A stretch of 63,226 bases of DNA, filler included, from Squatina squatina (Eukaryota): the NCBI GenBank assembly GCA_031763465.1. It is 4 parts of 4 records of this genome, joined end to end, with 100 filler letters (N's around TTAATTAATTAA, not from the genome) between each part and the next. Parts side by side here need not be neighbours in the genome. Positions count along the whole stretch, not along the records: positions 27,938 to 50,671 come from JARFOE010000001.1; positions 50,772 to 63,226 come from JARFOE010000192.1; 2 more parts are not named here. One strand, given 5' to 3'. A program made the translations under genes and the position numbers. Below the pieces are notes generated by a model. That model was not told where the DNA came from and ran no database searches. It saw only the letters and a program-made list of their open reading frames with translations. Of this stretch, positions 48,799 through 59,935 are shown in pieces (positions within the stretch are counted from its first letter, which is position 1; every line of letters starts with the position of its first letter).

Positions 48799-49935
48799 GG
48801 CAGAGAGTGAATGTGACCAAGGCAGCAGATACAGTGGTAAGTACCCATGCTTTTACGTGAATGAAGGAAGTGGGCAAGTAATTGGACAATGATGTGTTTC
48901 AGCTGAAAGAAATAACTTCATTAAGCAGTGATTCCCCTGGGATCCTCCAGTGACTCAGCTGTGAGTTTCTTGAGCCTGCCGTCATGCACTGAATGAGCTG
49001 TCAGATCTGGAAGTCTGCCCTCTGCTCCTTCAGACTGCTGTGATCTCTTTGAAGGAGCCATAACACAGTCTTGCCTGATCTCTGTCACTGATGACTGTAC
49101 TACTGTAATGACTTATGATTTGATTCACTCTGGTGGCAACTCCCTCAGTGTGTCACTTTTTCCTGTAATCTCCATTCATCTCCTTCAGTCTGAAGTCATT
49201 TGCTGCAATGTGAAGTCAGGGGCTGGTCTGTTGTGTGTGAGCCTCGCCTCTGCACATCGTACCTTAAGTGCTGATTTAGCGCCTCCAGAACGCACCTCTT
49301 CAAAAAACTTTTTTTTTAAACCGAATTTCACAACGTTATAGTGCCTCCGCGGCCAGGCGCAATTAAAGTGCTAAATTCTTTTGTAACACCTTCACAGAAA
49401 CGCTAACANNNNNNNNNNNNNNNNNNNNNNNNNNNNNNNNNNNNNNNNNNNNNNNNNNNNNNNNNNNNNNNNNNNNNNNNNNNNNNNNNNNNNNNNNNNN
49501 NNNNNNNNACTCAGGCAAAAAATTCAGTTACAAACAAGAGACAGAGTCAGGGATTTCCTATTAGTTCAAAATCAATTTTTTTTCAGATTAGTTGCTGCCC
49601 ACTTGTAGAATGTTTAAAATAAGTAATAGTTGAAAGTGAACTACAACGATTTGGCTGAAATATTCAGTTAAATCTATTATTTTATCCAACTGCATATTAC
49701 AGCGTTTATTCACTGGAGAGATTTTGCAGTATCACAATTTTTTTTCAGCATAAAGTAATTTTTGTTTGTCCTAAAAAATTGTAAACTATAGCCTTCCAGG
49801 AATCAAGAGCTTGATAAAAAGCCTTCTTACTATTAAATGATGAAAAAAGCTTGTTCACATTATTCACGAAAGACAAAAAAAAATTTGCTTTCCAGAAATT
49901 GAAAGAATTTGTCAAAAATCTTTGAATTAAATAAC

Positions 49936-49937
<2 letters not shown>

Positions 49938-49972
<35 letters not shown>
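49938..49972 (+). repeat. (GA)n microsatellite, about 17 units
   Basis: Directly visible. Confidence 0.98.
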
Positions 49973-49973
<1 letters not shown>

Positions 49974-50671
49974 ATTATTTACATTATTCTAAAATGACTG
50001 TCAGAAACAGACTGAGTCATCATTTTTTTTCTCAATGTGGTATACTTTGGGAATTATTAGATTAGATAGTCTACTTTGTCACAGGCAAAGAGACCAACGT
50101 GAAGGAAGCTAACATGTTAAGACAATAATGCATTTCACTGATGGTGCTTTGAAGGATCACGGCTTACAACAAGGCTGCAATCAAGTTCATTTAGGCCGTT
50201 ATTTACGGAAGATAATGGCCTATCGATTACTTTATGCACTCACCTAGTAATTTGCTGTTATAACGGCTTTATTTATATCTCAAATTATTTTGAATTAAAA
50301 GCAAAATTGTACATAATGCAATACTTACAGCTTGAGAATTCCAGAGGGCAGGAATGCTGATCCATAGGAAAGTCATGGAGTTGAAGGTAACATTCAGCAT
50401 TGATGGTTAACCTAATGTGGCAAATACAAAAGGAAAAAAAAATGATCAACTTTGTAAGTCAAAGAAAATGTTAATTTTAATGATATTAAATGCACAATAA
50501 TGAAAATGTTATTTTGTTAAATTGACTGGGTAGGTGTTGTAGTGGTGATGTTTATTTCAGAAGCTTTCCAAAGAAGAACTTGTAGGACTTCTAAAACAGT
50601 GACTATTGTCACAGAACAGCCATTTTAGAGCCAAATGTCTATAGCCTCATGAATATTAGGTTGATATAATT

Positions 50672-50771
50672 NNNNNNNNNNNNNNNNNNNNNNNNNNNNN
50701 NNNNNNNNNNNNNNNTTAATTAATTAANNNNNNNNNNNNNNNNNNNNNNNNNNNNNNNNNNNNNNNNNNNN
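50672..50771. other. Artificial scaffold spacer
   Basis: 44 N + TTAATTAATTAA (50716-50727) + 44 N. Confidence 0.97.
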
Positions 50772-50974
50772 TGAAAGTTATTTTCTATTGGTTTACAGCC
50801 ATCTGTCAGGGAAAGTTTTCATCCCACCATCCTAGATTAGATTGCAAGTCCCACAGGTGGAAGATCAGCAGGCTACCTCATGCACCAGCTCGTACCCCTG
50901 CAAAACAGCTTTAAATCCTACAAATGTAAATTACATATACTCTTAATGGGACAACTACTTTTTTATGTTTGCAG

Positions 50975-51087
50975 AAGCCGGATTGGTCTTCATCATTTAC
51001 CCAGAAGCTATTGCCACTCTTCCTGGTTCATCAGTTTGGTCAGTCATCTTTTTCATCATGCTTCTGACACTGGGACTTGACAGCGCA
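50975..51087 (+). CDS. SLC6A3: Sodium-dependent dopamine transporter, EL4/TM8 exon
   Basis: TTTTATGTTTGCAG|...GCA|GTGAGT; 113 bp; [37 protein letters not shown] is DAT-like (AIATLP, IMLLTLG, DSA) rather than NET-like (AISTLS, VMLLALG, DSS). Confidence 0.85.
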
Positions 51088-53354
51088 GTGAGTGCATTCA
51101 ATGTTATATGTTGGAGGTCAATAAAACAAATCGATCATATTTTTATTAATACAGTGAGAACAGCTTAACAGTGATACTAGAAATTCTAGGTTTTCAAATT
51201 TTGCAGCCCTCTATGACTTGCAGAACATGTCACAAATACATGAGCAACAGGAACTAAATTCAAGTCCAGTGACCCAGTCGTAAAATAGTCATAAATGTTG
51301 TCTGCTGTGCATATGAATCTCACAGGTATTCTTTAAACAGGGAGGAAGACTTAGCCCAGAATTTCATCAGAGCTGCTCCCATTTCGCTGTCATACCTTTA
51401 CTACATGTGCGGCAAAAATTCTGTCTGGTAACATTGCCCTAATACTTTTATTCAAGACATGTTAGGGATAATTTTCTGAGTTCACACTCAGGGAGTTGCA
51501 ACTGCTCAGAGCTCATGTCAGAATTTCAAGTACACACTGATCATGATATTCCGAATATTTGGAATATCATGAAAATTATGTTCAAAGTATGCAATGTCAG
51601 TGGGCAAGGCTTCTTGCTATAGGAGCACAGACTCATAAAATAACCACTTTTTTTCTTATCTGAGACATTGGCCCAGATTTTGTGGTGAGAATAACAGCAA
51701 CATCTGGCATCTGTACATCCGCACTTAAATGCGGAAATCAGGACATTGCTGTCCAAGTTGCTCTGCTCCTCCACAAGCTTTGCTACACCGGTACCTCACC
51801 AAGAGAATTGACATTCAAAAACATGCAATGGCATGAAGTTGCAGCTCACTCACTATGGGGGAGAAATTGGTCTGTTTTTTAAGCACTATTCAGGTTCCTA
51901 ATGGTGGAATATGGACTCTGAGATGTATATGCACAATTCCGACAGGAATTGCGCCAGACGCCAGCTTGGTAAAGCAGTTTGCACGTGCACCTAACGACCA
52001 CCGGCAGCATGCAGCACAGGCAGATTATGACATCAATCAGTGTGCAATGCTAATTTGATGCCATGCTGCTACGTTCGAATGTCATGCCCCCCACATCTTA
52101 ACCTCGCACNNNNNNNNNNNNNNNNNNNNNNNNNNNNNNNNNNNNNNNNNNNNNNNNNNNNNNNNNNNNNNNNNNNNNNNNNNNNNNNNNNNNNNNNNNN
52201 NNNNNNNNNTAGTAGTACTTGACAAAATGTTTTACCTTAGGTGAAGTTACAAAGCCCATAAAAGAAATCGTTTAAATCTTTCAAACTTTTTCTGACAATA
52301 TTTGGAGTGTCAATACATTTTTATACAAAATAAAGTCCCCAAAATTGTAATATTGTAGCTTAAAGGAACACTAGCTTTGTAAAAATTTGTTTACCAAAAC
52401 TGTTATGCAATTTGCGTCAAGATTTGTCACTGCATTATGAAACCGTCATTTTGATAATTGTGCCTTCTGTCAATATAAAAATATTGTACAGCTATTGACT
52501 CTTGCACTAAAACTTCTCAAACAGCAGCAACACATTCAATAAATGTTGAATGATCAAATTTTCAGATTTGGAAAATCTTTTGATAAATTACAATAATAGT
52601 GAATGGCACCAAATCATACTATGCCTTGCATAAAGTAATTTAACATGATAATAAAGAAGATATCCGACTTACATTTTTGACAAGAGCAAAATGATAGTGA
52701 AAAACAGATTCCATTATGTGTCTTTGAGCTTGTTGAAATAAAAGGAGAGTTTAATTTTAAGAGATTTAGTTTAATCATCTTAAACAGATATAGACCATCT
52801 GGCAACGACATGCATGGTGGCATTGCTGATATGGACGGTACTTGTATTTCGGTAGTTGAACACGAGATAGTTGACCCTTGTTCCCTAACGGGGAATTACA
52901 CTCCAGGTTCGCCTCGTGTTACCGAATTGAGGAAAGTCCAAAAGAAAAGCACCCAATGTGTCACCACAGCAGCTTGAATGGGGTTTGGAACATGGCATGG
53001 CCAAGGACCTGCCAAGGTTGCCCTGCAGTAAGGCTGTGGCCAGATAATGGGAAACCCAAGAATGGGGAAAGGAACAAAAACACATTAAAATGGGAGCCTC
53101 GGTTATACATCAGCAGCACCTTGGAGTCAGGAAAAATATGGAAATGTATTCAACTCCCACACTGAATAAATTGTGGACTTGTGAGACGATTGGCTAACAA
53201 AAATATATTCAACAGTCTGTACCCCAGAAGAATGAATAAATTAAAATGCTAATTGACATTTTGTAAAAAGAAATCTACTGCTCTGAAAATGCCCGCAGTA
53301 AAACTCCAACCAATTGTCCAGTCTTTACCAGTTTGTAATGTGTATCAAAATCAA

Positions 53355-53730
53355 CACAAAAATTATGTTAGGAAAACCAGAGTGGTCAGGAGCAATGTGG
53401 GGCCCTTGAAAACTGATAGCGTTGATATTGTCAATGAAAATAAGGACTTTTCGTCAGTATTTACAGTAGGGGAAGAGGACAGCATGTCGAACATCCCAAG
53501 TAAACTAATGTTGGCTCAGGGACAAGGACTCACCAAATTCAACATAAGCAAAATAACAGTAATGAAGAAAATAATGGCACTAAAGAGGGACAAATCTCCA
53601 GGACCAGATGGTTTCCATCCCAAGGTTTTAAAGGAAGTAGATGAGCACATTGTAGATGCCCTAACTATAATCTTCCAAAGTTCTCTCGATTCAGGAACCA
53701 TTCCTTTAGATTGGAAAATTGCGCATGGTA
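53355..53730 (+). mobile_element. CR1 LINE ORF2 fragment
   Basis: NVGPLK...FSSVFT...LKRDKSPGPDGFHPKVLKEV...IFQSSLDSGTIPLDWKIA. Confidence 0.92.
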
Positions 53731-54297
53731 CTCTGCGATTNNNNNNNNNNNNNNNNNNNNNNNNNNNNNNNNNNNNNNNNNNNNNNNNNNNNNNNNNNNN
53801 NNNNNNNNNNNNNNNNNNNNNNNNNNNNNNNNNNNNNNNNCTGCACGCTGATTGATGTCACAATATGCCCAGTCAACATACTTCCAGTGCACACTCCCAT
53901 CACTGACCCTATCTCCCTCGCCAAGATGGCATCCGGCGTGGCACGCACCAGAAGTGCGCACGTGCAGTGTGGACGCCATTTTTGTCACAAAACAGCACCC
54001 AACGGAGCCGAATTTTTCACCCTAAGTCTTTAGAGAAGGAAGGTAAAATCGAACTGAATTAAATATGAGCTGGGAAATTTCAATGCCATTGTAACACAAA
54101 ACAGGTGTGTTAAATATTACAGTATATCATTAATGGAAGTCTGCCACTTCCATTTACAGCAATTAGTGGCTTATAATGTGAACAACTTCTGTTTGAGTTA
54201 TTCATCAAAACCTTCTCAAAGTATATAAGCTGTTTTAGCCTGTAGTTAACATCTGCTTTATCTCTTTCTATCTTTCCTGTCTACTTGCTAAATGAAG

Positions 54298-54465
54298 TTT
54301 GTTGTGGTCATCAGCATTTCAACGTTTAAAGCCCCAGAATATGACAATTACATCTTTCCAGACTGGGCCAATGTAATTGGATGGTGTATTGCTGTATCTT
54401 CAATGGCAATCGTACCCATTTATGCAATGTACAAATGTATCAGCCTGCGTGGGTCCCTGCGTGAG
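54298..54465 (+). CDS. SLC6A3: Dopamine transporter, TM11-TM12 exon
   Basis: Polypyrimidine tract...TGAAG|TTT...GAG|GTGAGT; 168 bp; [56 protein letters not shown] (FPDWAN and SxRE as in DAT). Confidence 0.85.
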
Positions 54466-54836
54466 GTGAGTACATCTGTGAGGTTCCACTAATTAGTAGT
54501 TGTTTTCAGATTTCTTTTTATTCTTTTTGTAGACCTGAGGGACATTAGATTTTGTTTTTTGTTAGAGAATGGCTTTCATGCTTCAGTCTTGATAACAAGC
54601 ATCCCAAAGACCATTTATTGACACAGATGGATCCTATTTCAAAAGTCTCGCCAAATTTGATGGATTCTAACGAAAAAGGTTGAATGCATGACAATTCCCA
54701 TAGGTCCTTGGAGTAAATTTTACCTCAGAACATAAATGAAGTTTGTTGCATCACATCTGTTTGCAATAATTTGGTACAAAAATAGAAAGGGCTAGAAATG
54801 CGCAGCATGTCAGCCAGCATCTGTAAACAGAAAAGA

Positions 54837-54874
54837 CAGGTTAATATTTCAGTGATAATCCTTCATCAGAACTG
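54837..54874 (-). ncRNA. Candidate minimal type I hammerhead ribozyme motif inside a Penelope-associated repeat
   Basis: Minus strand CAGTT-CTGATGA-AGGATTATCACT-GAAA-TA-TT-AACCTG: core CUGAUGA, GAAA and UH all present; loopless palindromic stem III; stem II is imperfect. Confidence 0.5.
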
Positions 54875-57800
54875 AAATCTGAAAGATGAGTAAGTCCCTT
54901 AGTATTGTTGGAAAAGAAAAAGAGAAAGGCAAGACGGAAGAAAACACAGCTACTCTAATCGCAGGGAGGAAGCTCATTGGTTAAATGGTCTGCAAGTGCT
55001 TTAATAGAAACTATTAGATGATATAAATATCATTTCAGTTTGGCAATTGAAAGACAATAAATAAATGTGCAAATAGTTGAGTTGATGAAAAGCATGGGAG
55101 ATGTCCACAAAGGAAAGGGCAAGTAGATCGATGAAATTAGGGAGGGGGGGAAAGCATGCTCAAAGGTCTGAAATGAAAAGAGAAAATGCTGGAAACACTC
55201 AGTAAATTTGCTCATCCTGAACAAAAAACAGACTCTCCTTTACATCCCACCCCACCAGAACTGTCTTCTGACAAAGGGTCTGCACCCAAACCACAACTGA
55301 AAGAAAGTCACTCCAGGTCATTCTTGTACATTTCATAGCAGCAAGTTGAATAGTCACATTTGTGGATGCCTGGGAGTAGGTGAGCTGCCTACCTCCTGAC
55401 CAGGGAATGATGGATGCTAATATCCCAATGAGGGAGAAAGAAATGATGAAAAAGAGGCAGGTTAGTTAAAAATAAGATTCTAAAATTATTGAGGGAGGGT
55501 ATATTTCAAAAACTGCAACTATTTGGCAGTACAAGGCACTGCATTTTAACNNNNNNNNNNNNNNNNNNNNNNNNNNNNNNNNNNNNNNNNNNNNNNNNNN
55601 NNNNNNNNNNNNNNNNNNNNNNNNNNNNNNNNNNNNNNNNNNNNNNNNNNGCTGCCTGACCTGCTGAGTTTTTCCAGCATTTTTTGTTTGTATTCTAGAT
55701 TCCAGCATCCGCAGTATTTCGCATCTGTTGTACATACCTGTAGTAGTCTGAATCAACAGGGCACCAACTAGGGTTCTGGTTATATCTTAAAGTATCAATG
55801 TCTTCTGCCAACCTCTTGAGTTTCAATACATTGAGATTCCACTGTAATAAAAGACTATGTCACAAGTACAAGGATTTGAGACCAGTCTGAGCCAGGCAGC
55901 TAATGTTTTCACAACAAAGTAGATGAATGAGTGTCCTACTTTAGCAATAGATTTGTCATCTTTGAATCAGCATCAGCCTGCTGGACAAGACTGTTAGCTT
56001 TATAAATTTGTTGGTTCTCAGAATTTCTGGCAGCTGTTTAATGAGACTGTACCATGACTATAAATTATATTCAATTCTTCTCAATTTTTCTTAGGAATAA
56101 TCAGGCTAATTCATTGTGGAGAAAAGCAGTGCAGCCTACATTAATGTCACCCATAATCATAAATTTTTAAGATGCAGAGGTGATAGTCAACATATCAGAG
56201 AAATTACAATTTCTAAATTCTGTAGTGTTTGAGGCTACAAAAAAATGTGTTACTCACTCTGGTAAAGTCAATCTGCAACTAAATCAGTGCACCTATGTCA
56301 CTGCATTAGTTACAAGTAGAAAACATACAGTATAGAGCTGAGAATGCTTAAGAGGTAATTTTCCAATTTTTTACTCCTGGAAGGCAGCCTCACCTGGAGC
56401 ATGAAGCAGGACAATTACCTCTTCAATCACAAACATTGGGAGTGAAATTTCTTGCCATTTTCAGTGCATTAGCAAAGTATAAAATGCACAGGAAATTTTT
56501 TAGGTAGGAAAATCGTGTGGGAGCTGCCTGGTTTTAAACATTACAATGCTTCTCCCGAGTTCCTTCACACTTTTTGGACCTCTCCGTAATCCGACTGACC
56601 TGGTTTGTATACGTCAAAGTGACCCCACTCCCAGGTTTTAGAATCCCAGTACACTCTGAGGTTTATAAAGTGCAGCAGCTGCCAGGATCAGCTGATTAAG
56701 GCGGAAATGAGGAGTTTCTGAAACAGAAGAGGCTGGAGATTTTGAATACAAATGTTTGCAACTGGTAAATGCTTTTTTATAGCCATTTTTGCCACTTTGT
56801 CTACAGACACCTTGACTTGCTTCCAAGTGCTTCTCATAGTGNNNNNNNNNNNNNNNNNNNNNNNNNNNNNNNNNNNNNNNNNNNNNNNNNNNNNNNNNNN
56901 NNNNNNNNNNNNNNNNNNNNNNNNNNNNNNNNNNNNNNNNNGTTTTCCATAGAGCCTTCTTGTGTGAACCCTTCATGAGTGATCATGTATTACACCCAGA
57001 TCTCTTTCTTCATCTGTTACCCTTAACAGGGACCCCTGCCTGGAGTTTCTCAACTGCAAATGGATGACACTGCATTTGCCAGCATTACAGGTTATATGTC
57101 AGACAGAGGCCCATTTCCCTAACTTTTCTAAAGAATAAAAAATATACACAAGAAATAGATAGTGAAAATTTTTTTCAGAAAATGTTTCTTTGAAAACTGA
57201 AATGATCATTGCACAATGCTACCTTAAAAATGTCATTATGGTCCCTATTTTTATGATCAAGAAAAACAAACAAAGTTTTAGTGTAATAACTCAGTTAGCA
57301 ATAAATCAATAGGGAAGCACAGGAGAATGACAGGCCCAACACTCTTCAATGAAATAGTCTGCTGTTCTCGCCATCTGATTTACCACTTCAAGAGCCACTA
57401 TACTTAAGACACACATTTTCTTGCCTTAATTATTTGTATATATATTTGGTAAAACTTGACAAGGAAGAGGAATATCTTTGAGGCAGGTTGACGTGATTAT
57501 CAAATTTCATGAGAACATACGTGCCTGTGCAAACAATGAGTTGATAATGGTCAGAGTGAAATATCCCTCAGTGGTGGGAGAACCTTTGTTTCTCTATTTT
57601 AACGGAATTGGCTGCATACATAATCAAAGCACACACGGTTTCAGTTGCAGTGATTTTTTTTATGTATTTGTTACGAAAACTAGTTGAAATCAATACAAAT
57701 CAAAATAACCTTTGTGAAGAAATTGGATGAGACAGCAGCAAAACATGAGTATTATAAGAAATAAAGAATGCGTAGAAAACCCATAGAAACTTGCTATCAC

Positions 57801-59679
57801 CAAAGTGATGAAGACTGTAAAAGTCAATTGATTTAAAAAGCCATCAAAATGAAGTATGGGCAGCTTTCCATCACAGGGTGAAATAAAGTCAACAATCAGC
57901 AAACAATGGGAGGAGGATGAGAGTTGATGGGCAAATTTATATGCCACAGCAATATTTCTCATCACTTAGGGTTAAGTATTTTGCTGAAAATAAGAACACG
58001 TACATTATTTGAAATCATGCGATGAAAGTAAAATACAGCTGGATACAGCTAGCTTTTATCCAATGTTTTTTTTCCAAAGTGCTGGAAGATAAGCCACTTC
58101 TTTCTTTACTAAATATCTAGAGTCTACTATTGGGTTGAGCAATAGAAACATTAGCTGACTGACCTGCTGTGCATTTTCACCATTTTCTGTTTTTATTTCA
58201 GATCTCCAGCATTCATTTTTTTTTGCAAGTTAGGAGTGTATATATTTAGTTTTTTTTAACCAGTTATTTTGGTACAAAATAAAGCCTAAAGGTATATTTG
58301 TACCTTTATTATAGTTCACGTTCATTACTGCTATTGGACCCCAGCTTTTTAGCTACAATTCACTCCCACTTGATTCCCATGGTTCTTGGCAAGAGATCAA
58401 ACAGGCACCTACTCCCATCCCAGAGCCACCTAATCACCTTTGAGATGTGGAAGGATGTTCAGAGTGTATCACCTGGCCATTTTCTCTCCCTCCCTTTGGC
58501 AAAGTACACACAAACATACATTCCACCTACAAAATAGCACTTTGGGGCACTGTCAGGCTTTGGCCCACAGGTTCTGTTTTTTGAACTACATATACTTCAT
58601 CCAAAAAATCTCAGGAACAAATTACTTAGAGTTAGGAACACCCATTAGACAATGGTAGATTCCAATTTGACTGTGCATTAGCCAGCTGTGGCAATGATCT
58701 GAATCTTACAGTCACACACATAGAATAAAGTCTTTATTGGAATAGAACAAGTTTTTCCCCATTAGAAAGACTGGGACTTCTCATCAACCCAGAATTGTGA
58801 ACCATAGGGTCATACCTGAAAGAATATAGGAGTATTGAGTCAATTTTGTCAGAAAACGTGCCGGCAAAGACAATGTAATTCATTTAATTCTGTGATCCNN
58901 NNNNNNNNTGGCAATAGTTTGAGTGCTCGGCTCGCCTTTTAATAGGAATAGCTCAAAGGTTGAGGGCAAAAGGCAAATGATTAAAATAGAACTCCAGGTT
59001 CTGAGTCACAACTTTTAATCCCTCCTGTAACTCATTTATCGAACTTATTCCACTAAATAAAGTGGTTGGGTCACATGAACAATCTTAGACTGTGAAACCT
59101 GAAACTCGCCATTTCCTTTATTGCTTACAGAATTCGATCCATTAATAATTCTGTGATCCAAGAGGGATCTACAGTATTTTACTGTGTGAGAAATTACAAG
59201 AAAGATTAGCCAGAAATGTCAAACGAACACTGAATTTGTTTGCTAAATATGCTGTGGATTGTTGTTAGTAATGTCAATCTTTCAGTGCATGGACATATGC
59301 AGTTACTGCAATTACGAAGCTTTTACAAAGTGCACTGCTGAGAATGACAATTTCTCTGATGGGGCCTTCAATTTAGGTACAATTTAAATTTACAGAAACA
59401 ATGCAGGTTTTCATTCAATGTTTTCAAAGAGCAGAACTGTTCTCCTTTGAAAATGTCTAAAATTGAAAGGTTGCTAAATGGACACAGATCTGCCAAATGC
59501 AACTCTTATTAGCCACTTTAAAAGCGAGAAATATCAACTGAACAGTCTTTCATCCCATTAACTTTATTTATTTTTACATATTCTTTTTCTCAAATCCGTG
59601 TAAATATTATGTGAAGCAATTTCCCTAAGAAATGTGCTGCAGATCATTTTTTATTGAATAGCACGTGTTGTACTTATAC

Positions 59680-59935
59680 AAAACTAAAATACTGTGGATG
59701 CTGGAAATCTGAAATAAAAACACAAAATGCTGGAAATACTCAGAAGGTCAGGCAGCATCTGTGGAGATGGTTGATGACCTTTTGTCAGAACTGAAAAAGC
59801 GAGAAATGTAATAGGATTTAAGCAAGTACTGAGGCAGGGAAAAGGGGGAGGGGAGGAAAGGACAAAATTGAAGGTCTGTGATAGGGTGGAAGGCAGGAGA
59901 GATTAAATGACAAAAGGGATGATGGTGCAGATAAA
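59680..59935 (-). mobile_element. Penelope-associated terminal repeat
   Basis: AAATACTGTGGATGCTGGAAATCTGAAATAAAAACAC...GGCAGCATCTGTGGAG...TTGTCAGAACTG...GAAGGCAGGAGAGATTAAATGACAAAAG. Confidence 0.6.

Noticed and set aside
51895-51935. NGGIWTL as the missing SLC6A3 'GGIYVFTL' exon
   Set aside because: Lies inside a MITE-like repeat and the similarity does not extend.
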